A stretch of DNA of 64,000 bases from Carcharhinus amblyrhynchos (GCA_965287045.1 OZ336882.1:56854001-56918000), one strand, 5' to 3'; counted from the first letter of the stretch, positions 24,580 through 37,856 are shown. Notes: generated from the sequence alone by a model not told the origin. Numbers and translations are program-made.

Positions 24580-27500
24580 TTGGCATTACGGAATGATTTA
24601 AGGGTTAGGGTCGGGGCTGGTTTAATGGTTAGGGTCGGGGCTGGATTAAGGGTTAGGATTACGATTGGTTTAAAAGTTAGAGTTCAGATTGGTTTAACGG
24701 TTAGAGTCGGGGCTGGTTTAAATATTAGGGTCAGGATTGTAGCTCATTTAAGTTTGAATGTTAGGGTCAGGGCTGGTTAAGAGTTAGGGTTGGGGTTGGA
24801 TTAAGGGTTAGGGTGCGGGCTGGTTTAAGGGTTAGTGTTGGGGTTGGTTTAAGGGTTTGGGTTTGGGTTAGCTAATGGGTTAGGGTTGGGTTAAGGTTAG
24901 GCTGATTTAAATGTCAGGATTAGGGTTGGTTTAAGGGTTAGGGTTAGGATTGGGGCTCATTTGAAGGTTAGGGTTTGGGTTGGTTTAAGGGTTAGGGTCG
25001 GGGCTGGTTTAAGGATTAGGGTTGGGTTGTTTTAAGGGTTAGGGTCGGGGCTTTTTAAGAGTTAGAGGCAGGGCTGGTTTAAAATGTCATGATTAAGGTT
25101 GGTTTAAGGGTTTGGGTTAGGGTTGGGGCTTGTTTAAAGGTTAGGGTTGGGATTGGTTTAAGGATTAGGGCTGGAGTTTGTTTAAGGGTTGCAGTTGAGA
25201 TTGGTTTAATGGTTAGGGTTGTGGTTGGTTTAAGGGTTAGGTTCAGGGTTAGGGTCGTGGTTGGTTTAACGATTAGGGTCAGGCTGGTTTACAGATTACA
25301 GTTGGGGCTGGTTTAAGGGTTAGGGTTCAGATTGGTTTATGGGTTAGGGTTGGGGCTGGTTTAAGGGTTAGGATTAGAGTTGTTTAGGGTTGGGTTAAGG
25401 TTTCTTGTTGGGCTGGTTTGTTTAAGGGTTAGAGTCGGGGCTAGTTTAAATGTTAGGGTCAGGGTTAGGGTTAGGATTGGAGCTCATTTAAGGGTTAGGG
25501 TTCGGGGCCAGTTTAAGGGTTAGGATCAGGGCTGGTTAAGAGTTAGGGTTGGGGTTGGTTTAAGGGTTAGGGTTGGGACTGGTTTAAGGGTTAGCGTCAG
25601 GGCTGGTTTAAAGGTTAGTGTTCAGATTGGTTTATGGGTTAGGGTTGGGTTAAGGTTAGGGTTGGGGCTAGTTTAAGGATTAGGGTCAGGGTTGGTTTAG
25701 GGGTTAGGGTTAGGGTTAGGGCTGGGTAAGAGTTAAGTTTGGGGCTGGTTTAAGAGTTAGGGTCAGGTTAAGGGTTAGGATTAGGGCTGGTTTAAGGGTT
25801 AGGGTCAGGTCTGGTTTAAAGGGTTAGGGTCGGAGCTGGTTTAAAGGGTTAGGGTCGGAGCTGGTTTAAAGGGTTAGGGTCGGAGCTGGTTTAAGGGTTA
25901 GGGTCGGAGCTGGTTTAAGGGTTAGGGTCGGAGCTGGTTTAAGGGTTAGGGTCGGAGCTGGTTTAAGGGTTAGGGTCGGAGCTGGTTTAAGGGTTAGGGT
26001 CGGAGCTGGTTTAAGGGTTAGGGTCGGAGCTGGTTTAAGGGTTAGGGTCGGAGCTGGTTTAAGGGTTAGGGTCGGAGCTGGTTTAAGGGTTAGGGTCGGA
26101 GCTGGTTTAAGGGTTAGGGTCGGAGCTGGTTTAAGGGTTAGGGTCGGAGCTGGTTTAAGGGTTAGGGTCGGAGCTGGTTTAAGGGTTAGGGTCGGAGCTG
26201 GTTTAAGGGTTAGGGTCGGAGCTGGTTTAAGGGTTAGGGTCGGAGCTGGTTTAAGGGTTAGGGTCGGAGCTGGTTTAAGGGTTAGGGTCGGAGCTGGTTT
26301 AAGGGTTAGGGTCGGAGCTGGTTTAAGGGTTAGGGTCGGAGCTGGTTTAAGGGTTAGGGTCGGAGCTGGTTTAAGGGTTAGGGTCGGAGCTGGTTTAAGG
26401 GTTAGGGTCGGAGCTGGTTTAAGGGTTAGGGTCGGAGCTGGTTTAAGGGTTAGGGTCGGAGCTGGTTTAAGGGTTAGGGTCGGAGCTGGTTTAAGGGTTA
26501 GGGTCGGAGCTGGTTTAAGGGTTAGGGTCGGAGCTGGTTTAAGGGTTAGGGTCGGAGCTGGTTTAAGGGTTAGGGTCGGAGCTGGTTTAAGGGTTAGGGT
26601 CGGAGCTGGTTTAAGGGTTAGGGTCGGAGCTGGTTTAAGGGTTAGGGTCGGAGCTGGTTTAAGGGTTAGGGTCGGAGCTGGTTTAAGGGTTAGGGTCGGA
26701 GCTGGTTTAAGGGTTAGGGTCGGAGCTGGTTTAAGGGTTAGGGTCGGAGCTGGTTTAAGGGTTAGGGTCGGAGCTGGTTTAAGGGTTAGGGTCGGAGCTG
26801 GTTTAAGGGTTAGGGTCGGAGCTGGTTTAAGGGTTAGGGTCGGAGCTGGTTTAAGGGTTAGGGTCGGAGCTGGTTTAAGGGTTAGGGTCGGAGCTGGTTT
26901 AAGGGTTAGGGTCGGAGCTGGTTTAAGGGTTAGGGTCGGAGCTGGTTTAAGGGTTAGGGTCGGAGCTGGTTTAAGGGTTAGGGTCGGAGCTGGTTTAAGG
27001 GTTAGGGTCGGAGCTGGTTTAAGGGTTAGGGTCGGAGCTGGTTTAAGGGTTAGGGTCGGAGCTGGTTTAAGGGTTAGGGTCGGAGCTGGTTTAAGGGTTA
27101 GGGTCGGAGCTGGTTTAAGGGTTAGGGTCGGAGCTGGTTTAAGGGTTAGGGTCGGAGCTGGTTTAAGGGTTAGGGTCGGAGCTGGTTTAAGGGTTAGGGT
27201 CGGGGTTCATTTAAGGGTTAGGGTCGGGGTTCATTTAAGGGTTAGGGTCGGGGTTCATTTAAGGGTTAGGGTCGGGGCCAGTGTCAGTTTAAGGGTTAGC
27301 ATTAGGGTTGGAATAAAGGTTAAGGTTCAGCTTGTTTTCAAGTTTTGAATCTGGGTTGGTTTAATAGTTAAAGAGTTATGGTCAGAGCTGGTTTAAGGGT
27401 TAGTGTTGGGGCTGGTTTAAGGGTTGAAATTGGGGTTGGTTTAAGGGTTAGAATTGGGGCTAGTTTAAGGGTTGGGGTTAAGGGTTAGTTTTGGTGTAAT

Positions 27501-27680
27501 GTTCGGGTCAGCGCTGGTTTAAGGATTAGGGCTGGGGTTGGTGTAAGTGTGACGGTTGGGATTTACTGAAGGGTTAATGTTGTGGTTGGTTTCAGGGTTA
27601 GGAGTTAGATTTGGTTTAATGGTTAGGATTGGCTTGTTTTAAGAGTTGAGAGTTGAGGCTATTTTAAGGGTTCTTGATGG
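24580..27680 (+). repeat. Degenerate interstitial telomere-like region surrounding the 24-mer array
   Basis: Dense TTAGGG, TTGGGG, TCAGGG and TAAGGG hexamers, including short pure runs such as GGGTTAGGGTTAGGGTTAGGG near 25701-25721; decays outward on both sides. Confidence 0.9.
25888..27183 (+). repeat. Perfect 24-bp minisatellite (GGTTTAAGGGTTAGGGTCGGAGCT) x54, telomere-like
   Basis: 1296 bp / 24 = 54 identical units, each with one TTAGGG. Preceded by three 25-nt variants (25813-25887) and followed by ...CGGGGTTCAT variants. Confidence 0.98.
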
Positions 27681-28555
27681 GTTAGTTTATACCATAGTTT
27701 CTGTTCATTTTGTATCCATAATAGGTCGATGCTCTATATGTATTTAACCTGTACACTAAACTCTGTCTGCAGACTACAAAATTACATTTCACATCCAGTG
27801 ATTGGCATTTGTTGGTCACCAAAAAGTTCTCAAATCAATGACCACAATCACAGATGTGATGTAAATAAGAGCACAACGCTTGCATCATTGGCAAACCTCT
27901 ATCATGTTAGACATTCAGATTTGTTTGGCTGGTCAGCATTCTGCATAAAGAGGCAAAAAGAATTGCTGCTAATTGCAGGTCTGATATTGTTCATAACATA
28001 AAGCATCAGGAATCCATATACATTTCAAAAATACATTTTCTTCTACACATTGGACAGCAGACACACCACATTTCTTAATCATTTACGACCTGCTCAGTAA
28101 ATAGTGGAAAGTCCTGCTCCTCATCCTTCCCCAGACTACCGTTTGACCTATGGCATAAATATGATAACAGTCATTGACGACCACCAGTAAAGAGTCTTTA
28201 AAGCTTCTCAAATCAGTTTTCTAGTCAGTTAATCGGGGACATCATTCATTCATTAATCCAGGAATGCAGTGCAATTTTTGAAGGAAGTTACAAGGAATTA
28301 CTCTCATTTTATCAACCAGATGCTGGCACCCAAGTAACCGCACTGTGGGGAAATGTGACCTGGTATTTTTTGGGGGTGAGAGGGAAAAGGGGATGAATCC
28401 TAAATATGAAAATGTGTAAGGGCAAGAATGAAGGTAGTGTGCCAGCAAAGCTGAATGACTGCTGGAGGTTGAAATGAAGATTGAAAAAAGCACACCAAGA
28501 CATTGAGAGTAATGCAGGGTAACAGGACTGAATATAGGTAGACTTGAAAAAAGAA

Positions 28556-28848
28556 AATCATAGAATAGAATCCCTACAGTGCAGAAGGAGACCATTTAGT
28601 CTGACAACAATCCTATCCCCATAACCTCATGTATTTACCCTGTTAATCCCCCTGACATTAAGGGGCAATTTAGCATGGCCAATCCACCTAACCTGCACAC
28701 CTTTGGAGCATGGGAGGAAACCGGAACACCCAGAAGAAACCCACGCAGACACGGGAGGATGTGTAACCTCCACACAGTCACCCAAGGATGGATTGAATGC
28801 GGGTCCCTGGCACTATGAGGTAGCAGTGCTAACCACTGAGCCACCATG
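28556..28848 (-). mobile_element. V-SINE (HE1-like)
   Basis: Near full length, with A-box and B-box-like head and CTATGATT tail. Confidence 0.85.
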
Positions 28849-31800
28849 GTCAAAAAAACTATGAAAAGTGCTGCACTGACACTGAATGATATATGAATGA
28901 AATAAAACAGAAATTTGAAAATAACCATATATAACATGATGGGAGAAATAGAGTATAGTCCATGGGTCACATCATTCCGTCTATTCCTTTATGTTTTAAC
29001 CTGCATATTAACAGAAAGTGGAGCAGGGAAGAAGTGGTGGACAGTTAAACTAACCCAGTCCTTAACATTTATTCAAGAAGCGGCGTTTGGAAAGTCTTGC
29101 GTTTCTGGAGATTTTAGAACTCAGAAGTGATATTATGTACTATATTATTTGAAAATTCAAAGATTTATGTAATAATAACATCACCAGACAGAATGATTAA
29201 GAATTATTGATAACATACTGGTAAAATGCTGGACGAGGAATCAGTGGTTCTCCAGTCACACCTGAACAGTAGTAGCCAACAACACATATGATGACCTTGT
29301 ATAAAGTATGCACCAACGTAACTATCTACACATTGTTAATAACTAGTGACCAAAGAGGAAACCAACAAGCATTGGTGAGGAATGGATTGCAGTGGGATGC
29401 TAAAGAATTGATCAGCTGATCTGGAACAAAAAGCTATTTTGCTGAGGAACATTATATGATGCAGCAGCACCAGCCATATTGAGAAGACATATACCTCTGT
29501 GTATATTGCATTGGAAGTTGCTTTGGAGAATATGGGAGAGTACAACATGCAAATATGCCACTTCCCAAGAGTAATGACATGGAACAATTACAGATTGCCA
29601 CTCAGCATGTGACATCTGCAGAGGCCTAAATTATACAAACCATCAGCACAGTATCACAGCATCTCCTGTGTAAATTTCATCACTGCTTTGAAGACGTGAG
29701 AGTCCAAAGTTCCAAGATAATTGGCTGAACTTATATAGTTTTTGCAGAATGGGTCCAGACTACAATAGGAGAGGAATATGAATATTTCAAAAGGCAATAC
29801 ATAGCCTCTCACTAGGCATAGTATTGAATTTTATGAGAAGGAGCACTTCAGGAGATGTAGGTGAGGAGTTTAAAGTGACTGGTAGATATTCACATTCATC
29901 AGATCATGTAATCCTGCGTGTGTAGATGCTAACTCTAAAGATACTGAAGTCATAGTAACTCCAGTAAAAGAGCCCTAGCTGTGATCCAGGTGTTTCAGAA
30001 TTGCCCAGAGAGACAGGTAGGAGGTATTCTGTATCCTTTATAGCTTATCATTGGCTGTGCCTTCATACACAAGTGCTTTCCCTTCAACTACATAAAATTA
30101 GGATATTGTCACAACCAGCATGATAATGTTCACACTGCATAAAAGACAAGCACGTATAAACCATACATATGCATAATTGAATAAAATTCATTCAGGTTTA
30201 ATTTTTCTTTCTAGCTACAAACTCTTAAACTTTGGAATGAAGAAAATGTCTGAAAGACAAAGTGGTTAACTCCTGAAGGTGTTTGTCAAGTAGACTGCTG
30301 ATCTTCACAGGCACTGGTCAAAAATTGTAGACAACTGATTTGCTCCTCAGCAGAGTCTCAGTATCTTTACACATTGGTCCTATGCTCTGCTCCACAGCTA
30401 ACTGTTGTACACTCACTTCCCAGACCAGTACTCACTGTGAATCTGTAATCCTACAGTTCTTACCCTGTTTATACTCCTCTCCTACATGTCACTACATTGC
30501 AAGACCATTTGTCAACTTTAAATACAGCTTTGCTGATGGATAAAAGAAAATTTCGTTTATCTTTCACTTCTCCACTAGTTGATGATAATTTTACATTTTC
30601 CCAATTCAGTAAGCTCAGTAACTCCAAGGCTGGACTGGAGAGAAATATACACTTCTATATTTGACTGTGCAACCGCACATTCCTTTATGCAAAGTGCAAC
30701 ACATTTTAAAAATTGCATTTTTCTCAATTTTCTTCTACTGCTTGTTAAAACAACTCTAGAGGAATAGAAATATTGGAGCAACACTAAAAAAAACAGATAG
30801 CTGCAGTATTTTTATTTGCATTACTCCTTGTTTTCCTCTACTATTATTTGTCATTGAAGTTAACACAACAAGAAATAGATGGCGTAGAGTGCCCCATCCA
30901 GCTATGGGGAGATAGTGATAGAATATTAAGCTGTTTTTGTTTATTACTGGATACAGATATCTGTTGCTATTAATTAAACTCTGTACAATGTGGCGTCATC
31001 AAATATCTACTGAAGCACCAATCACAAACAATAATCCTCTTGTTATGCCTGTTAGCTAAATAATTTGCAGTGCATTATTCTGTTTCTCATCAATTTTGCA
31101 CCCTCTTTTCTATCCTCTCCTGAAGATGTTAACTCTTTGTTAGGATGCAGTTTCCTCCAGCACCTTCACCCATGTTTTCATTATTCCTGTGTCATCCTCG
31201 ACAACAAGAATGTGCAAGTTCTTCAGCTTCAGAAGACATCACAGTCAATCCAATTCTGTTGTCATTTGATATCCAATCATATAAACTTTAGGGATGTAAG
31301 CTCTGGCTACTTTATTTTTTCTTGACCTAATGGTCATAAGGCTTACTAACAGTTTCTACAAGCACATGGTTACTCTCAGGTGACAACCAGACTAAACCTG
31401 GGATCTTCTGGATTTGATGTAGAAATTGGTATGTTTTAGTACAGTGCTAATTATATATAATCTGTTGAAGAAGAGATGAGGTCATTTAAATCAAATTTCT
31501 GTGCTGCCTCAGTACTTTTGAGAGACTCAAACTCTTGTCCTGTGATACTTCACTTTGCTCTATTAACTACAGGAATAGGAAAAGAGGATTGTTTGAAGAT
31601 TGCTTTGTTAAAGTTATATGTTGGCAATTATATTCATGGTCCACATTAACAGCAATTTCATTGGAAATTATTGTCTGAACAGAAGGCTTCAGATCTCCTT
31701 TGGATTTACTATTTATATGCGTGCACATTTTTAGAAGAGACCTCAGCTGATGCTGAATCAAATACTTTGTAACTTAAATAATTATTCTTAATTGCATCAA

Positions 31801-32307
31801 GGAGGTCTGTGCTTGGTACAATCAAGCCGGTTCAGTTCAGAACAAATTAGGATTGAATCCAGATGCTGGATGCATTCACTACTGTGATGCTGAACTACTG
31901 TGAGTTTTATATATTGTGGCTACTGCTTTATTCAGACAGGTTGTTGAGTGGAGATAGTCATCTGAATTTGTTGTACCCCATTGACACCTGAATTTCCATT
32001 TACAAACAAAATGAATAACTGTGCAGGAGTTAACCAGAACTGTGCACCTGTAGCAGACTAATTACTTTTTCTCCAAAAATGTTATTTTAAATTTCCCTAC
32101 AACTGAGACAGTACCATTTAAAATTTAGGGTTTAAAATGCTCCTATTCCTTAAATGTATCCACAATCCCAGGAAAATCACTAAATGGCTACTTCTTAAAT
32201 AAATACGCAGTCTCAGGAAGATTAATTATTCCTTAATTGAACCATCACCCCAAGAGCACAGTATTTATTCCTTAATTGGGCCACCAATCCCAAAAAACAG
32301 TGGCTTT

Positions 32308-32647
32308 GGACAGCACAGTGGTTAGCGCCGCTGCCTCCAGGACCAGGCTGAATTCTGACATTGTGTGACTGCATGGAGTTTGCACATTGTTGCCATGTCT
32401 ACCTGAGTTTCCTCCGGGGGCTCCGGTTTCCTCCCATATTCCAAAGATGTGCAGGTTAAGTGGATCAGCCATGCTAAATTGCAAGTGCCTAAAGATGTGT
32501 GGGTCAGATGGATTTGCTATGGTAAATGTGTGGGGTTATGGGAATAAGGTAGGGTAGGTGGGCTTGGGTAAGATGCTCTGTCAGAGAGTTGGTGCAGACT
32601 CAATGGGCTGAGTGTCCTCCTTCAGCACAGTAGGGTTTCTATGATTC
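32308..32647 (+). mobile_element. V-SINE (HE1-like)
   Basis: Head GCACAGTGGTTAGC, V core with a duplicated GATGTG...GGAT...CCATG segment, tail TTCTATGATTC. Confidence 0.85.
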
Positions 32648-35600
32648 CTTACATAGATTCCAAATCCAGGTGACAGTGCCTCTGTCAAATTTTTATTAAA
32701 ACCAAAAGAAAATTTACAAGGTACAAATTTCAAACAACCCAGCCAAATCACATCCTACCAGAAAGTATCTCATTGTGTTTACTCAAATATAGAAATGTAC
32801 ACTTCAGATGGAGGCCATTTGACCTTCTCTATCAATACTGACTCTTTACTGGAACAATCCCGCTGTCCTGCTCTCTCCCTTTAATTCTAGAGCTTCTTCT
32901 GCTTCTAAAGTCTTTAGACTTCTAAAGTCTTACCTTTATGATATGTAACAGTAACGCTTCAATGAACTTACATGGAAAAATTCTAATAAATTTGTGTAGA
33001 TAAATTTCCCCTAGCTTCGCTGTTTGCTACTTTGATAACCCTTTAGCTTTGACTCCTAAATTGCAGAAAATAATCAAAATTTTTCATGATTTGAAAAGTC
33101 CCTAATAAATCTCATAGGCTTCTTTACTCCAAAGGAAGTAGTCACAGTACCTTAAATCTCTGGACATAGATTGAGTTTCTAATCTCTGGTACTATCCCAA
33201 TAAATCTGTGTAGTATGTACATTCTCTTTGGTATTATGTCCTTCCTATAAAGTGTCCCAAATGTACACCATCCTCTAACTATCCCTGAACTATTGCCTTC
33301 TACACATGTATCATTATTCCATTTTTTTCTATGACCTCATTTAGAAAAAAACTAAAAATGTGAATAAGTGTTGTGGTTATGTGTTTAAATTGTTATAAGT
33401 ACTACTAGATTTGTGGTTTTCAATTTTTTATTAAATTGAAAAGCTATCTAATGTGATTCATCCAGTTAGGCCTTCAATGGATGACCACATTATAGTTTCA
33501 TTTTAAGGAGTTATGTTTTTTTAAATCATCAACCTTTAGTCTGTAACTGTTTAATAAGGAAAATCCAAATAGGAGGGAGAGTGGAATTAATTGGCTACGG
33601 CCATCAATGATGCTTCAGAGAAAGAGCTATTCTCTGAATCTTTGTGCCAATTGCAACATCTTTCAGAGACTTATATGCTTTCAGACCTTATACTAGTATT
33701 ATTTAATCAAAGAGTTGCAGAAGTAAACATCTAAAGAAATTGTGGGAAAAATACTTAGGCATAATTTCATAATTGTATTTTTAAATGACTTAAACAATAC
33801 CATCTTTGCCTAGTATATACATTGCAAATTTACTAACTTTTTTTAAACTAACGTATGCAGTGTGATCGTGACAGAAAGCTCATAGAGGTTACAATATTTG
33901 ATCACACATGGCCTGTCAGTAACAGGAGGTCAGTCACTATGACCATGAGGCTTACCAGTCGAGAGGTACAAAACCTGTACAAGTCACATAAACTGTCATA
34001 TAACGTGCTCTATGTAAAAAACGTGAATATTATTGCACGTGATGTGACGCCCACTTTAAAACGCTTGTAATTTACAATATTTTACGAATAAAGTATATTT
34101 TTTGCAAACAAAAAGTGCAGTCATACATGGTTCAACTTTAAGGTTACAGGAACTGTCTAACAGTCTGGAGAAACCAGCTCCTCTGCAAAATAATAATGAG
34201 GTCATTGGTAAATTAAGGACATTCAATAAAATGCTTGAAATGTGCATATGTTGCAAATGTGAAACATTTGTATAACTGGTTGGGGTTAATCGTGGAAAGC
34301 AAGATTACATCACCCATATTAAAGGTTTACTCAGAAAGACCTCTAAATTGTGTCTTTCTAATTAATTTGTTCATCAGTTAGATGGCAACCATCAATAACA
34401 CATATGATATACATTCAACATAATGTTCAGAAAACATAGTTCTGAGAATAAAATTCGATACTGGAGAATTGTTTCTCCATACAGACATCATATACGAAAA
34501 TCAACATATATCCATTTTCAATCTGGTTAAGGTTAAGTAGCATGATACCACTTCAGTCAAGGGGTCCAGGTCATGTCAGAAAGATCAGAATGATAAAGAT
34601 TTTCCTTTTCCATTTCCATTATGTAGAATCTTCAACTTTGAAGCACCATTAGTGCCTCCCCTTATCGAATTAAACAATATTTAAAAATTCAGCTTTTTTT
34701 TTCCTGTGTAAGGAGTGTATTTTCAACAACGTCATCGCAATGTCCCTAATGTGCGTGCGAGTGGAAAGGTGAGTCATGGATCTAAACATTTGCAATTTAC
34801 AAATATTGATGAGATTGAAATAAAGCATGTACTAAGTACTTCGGAAACGATTTGCTTATATCACACTTTAAATGACCTTACACGTTCAGGAAATTGCACT
34901 TACTTTTGAATGTATTAAGTCAATCACACGGTCACCTCAAGCCTAACCACTCTTAATGGGTTAGCAATTTCAAAATGTTTGCATTTCCGTGGCACTCTCT
35001 GCATACTCTCCCTCCTAAGATTGGTGAAGTATTTACATACTTGTCGCATTCTCTGCGGAAGTTTAATGTACTTTATATGGATTTAGCATGCAGCGCGCTG
35101 GGAAGGTGTTTCCCCTGAATCCAGCATGCTGTCAGTGCGCGAAATACCAAGTACTGGATTCTTTTCACCTTATAACATGCCTTTCAATGTGCTTGTTTAA
35201 TCTGCATTGTACTGAATTCTATACTCTGCGTGAACTGTCTACTATGTGCAGTATATAGTGTCAAGAACAGTATAAAACATGCTCTACAGATTGCGGACCT
35301 GCAGTGGACAGTCTAGTCCATGCCTCCATGTTCTCATCCTCTATAATACGCTCTGTAGCATGCTGTGCAAGATAAACGTCCGCCGACCACGGTACCCATG
35401 CTGTATAGCCTGCTGTGTGTGTACGGGCCCTACAAGTAATTAATTTACTCCGTGAGGTGCTTGCGGTAAAGTTAATGTGAGGGTACAGCTGAAATATTCC
35501 AGAGGAGTGATACCATAGGTGTTCACTTCTGGTTTGGTTGCATTTCTGTAAATAGACTGTAAATAAAAAATCGTCCTTTAAAATATTTCTAAATCAAGTT

Positions 35601-35861
35601 TCTCTAAGCAGATGTTGCCTCGAAACAACGTGCGAAAGAATTTTTGCCTTTTCCGAAGCGGTTACATTTTCCCTCCCACCCTTCTCAACACCAGTTACCA
35701 TTTCTACTCCGAACTGAGCCGCGGGCCCAAATGCTATCCTGTCCCGCCATCTTCCTCTGAGACCCAAACTTAATGTCCCCAAGGAATGGGTAGAGTTTAG
35801 AACTAATTTGTATCACTTCGTCCCTCACTCCTGGCTGGAAATGTATAGGTCCAAGAATGAT

Positions 35862-35990
35862 TCAGCTTTGACAAAGGGTCATCAGGACTCGAAACGCTAG
35901 GTCTTTTACAGATGCTGCCAGACCTGAGATTCTCCAGCATTTTCTCTTTTGGTTTCAGATTCCAGTATCCGCAGTAATTTCCTTTTATCC
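35862..35990 (+). mobile_element. Family A element copy (single arm)
   Basis: TTGACAA-AGGGTCATCAGGACTC-GAAACG followed by ACAGATGCTGCCAGACCTG...CCAGCATTTTCT...TTTCAGATTCCAG. Confidence 0.7.
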
Positions 35991-37856
35991 AATGATTCAA
36001 TAGAATTTTGCACCCAATCTATTTCCCTTTTTTCAATTTTTGCGTTTATATTCGAAATAAATAATTTAGACACAAGTTACATTAAGCAAGAACTTTAAGT
36101 TCTAAAGCGCCTCCCACGTCCCAAGAGTCGTGGTAATCTTTATATTGATTATCACATATCAAATGATTCTGGTGTATAAATTTCAGAAGACAACTTTAAA
36201 ATGTCTGCGCATTTAAACTGTTACGCATAAATTCAATGTGTTTAACCTCAGCATCAGGCAACTCAATTATGCGAGTGGTGTAAATTAGTTACATCCATCA
36301 AATTGCCACTTTAAACTTATAGAATTATACTTGTGGAAAAAATGCAGGTTAATTTATACACTGCGCACAAATTCTGCTTTCCCTTTGCACTGCGTATCGT
36401 CGGAAATTCAGGGAGGGAAATATTTGCACAATTCACTTCTTTAATGATTTCTGCCGTGTCATTTTGTTTTAATTCTAAACGGTGACTAGATGAAAAAAAG
36501 ATTACGTCCATTTGCAACAAGCACTTGCGTCGTAATGGCTAATGAAGTTTCTTTTAAAATTGGGTGGTGGACGTAAAGTTATGAAGGCAACGGACAATTA
36601 GACCAGGTTCGTTTCTTTTTTTAAATGATGGTGTTTAATAACACTGTTCAAACAAAACAAACAGTGATTTAAATTTAACCTGACTTTCCCCTCCTGATTG
36701 GTATGCATTGGCTCAGACTTAAGCAATATACTACCAATGCTGCCACTCTGAAATGAAAACACGATGGAGGGTCGTCGACTGGAGCATTGACTGTTTCTCT
36801 CCCCACAGATGCTGCCGGACCTGCTGAGTATCTCCAACATGCTTTGTACCAGGGTTTACAGAGACTGTGAGCCACAAACAAGGTGCGCCTGTCTCTGGAG
36901 TAGGAAAGCATATTACAGATTAAATGCCTCACCGTGGACTGTTCGCAACAAATAAATCGATTTGCGTGTAAAAAAAAACTACACTGCAAACGGGATTTAA
37001 AAAATAAATCCAATCCTCTTCATAAATTCAACTGTAGTTTGCAAAAATAAAGGTGCCCCGTTCACAGAAGCACATTTCGACCCCCTCTCCGTATTTTCAT
37101 ACCAGGTTAAAAGTTGTTGTTCAGAGTTTTAATATTTTTAATTCAACTCTGCAACTGGATTCGGACAAGGACAAGGGCAGGAGAACGTCCGGACCACACT
37201 TTCTAAACTTAAACTGAAATCTGCAGCTGGGAGTGACTGAGCCCAAACAGCGCTTGAGATCCCCTCTTCCTCCCGCGGGCCCAATGCGCAGAAACTCCCC
37301 GGAAGCTGTGACAATCAGAAGGGGTTACAGTGAGGCAGTCTCTCCAAAAGAAGTGAAGGTAGAATTCCTGCTAATTTCTGACTTACATTTTTAAATCAGC
37401 TCCCAACTTTGCTTCAGATTGAACCCTTTACTCATTCCCGCAGTATTTATTATTGAACTCAAGCTGAATTGACTCGTGGTTTTGGTTCTTTTTTAACAGG
37501 TATTGTACACTCCATAATCCTGATTTACGTGCCTAATGGTTTGTTTATGTTTAGAGAACCAAAAAAAATCAAATAAAGTGTCTACACAAGGGTAATCTAA
37601 CGATGTAAAATTGGTCGTTTTTTTGCTTTTAAATTAATCCCTTGCCAGAGTAAGAACAAACGCCGCTTCGAGTGTTTACAACATAATCTCTTAGACACAG
37701 GATGCAAAAAAGATTAGATGTTCGCCTCTTCATTATGAACATTAAGAGTTGGGTGAGTGAGTTTTATTCAGATGCAATTTAACATTTTAAATCTCTCCGC
37801 ATAGCATTGGACACGATACTTACAAACTGTTATCACTTAAAATGCTATCAAATTAC

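Noticed and set aside
25813-27280. CRISPR-like array or true telomere
   Set aside because: No spacers, eukaryotic context, internal to an intron, and not pure (TTAGGG)n.
29200-30100. Possible nested gene or exon in intron 1
   Set aside because: Balanced composition, but no sustained ORF or recognisable motif; cannot be supported.
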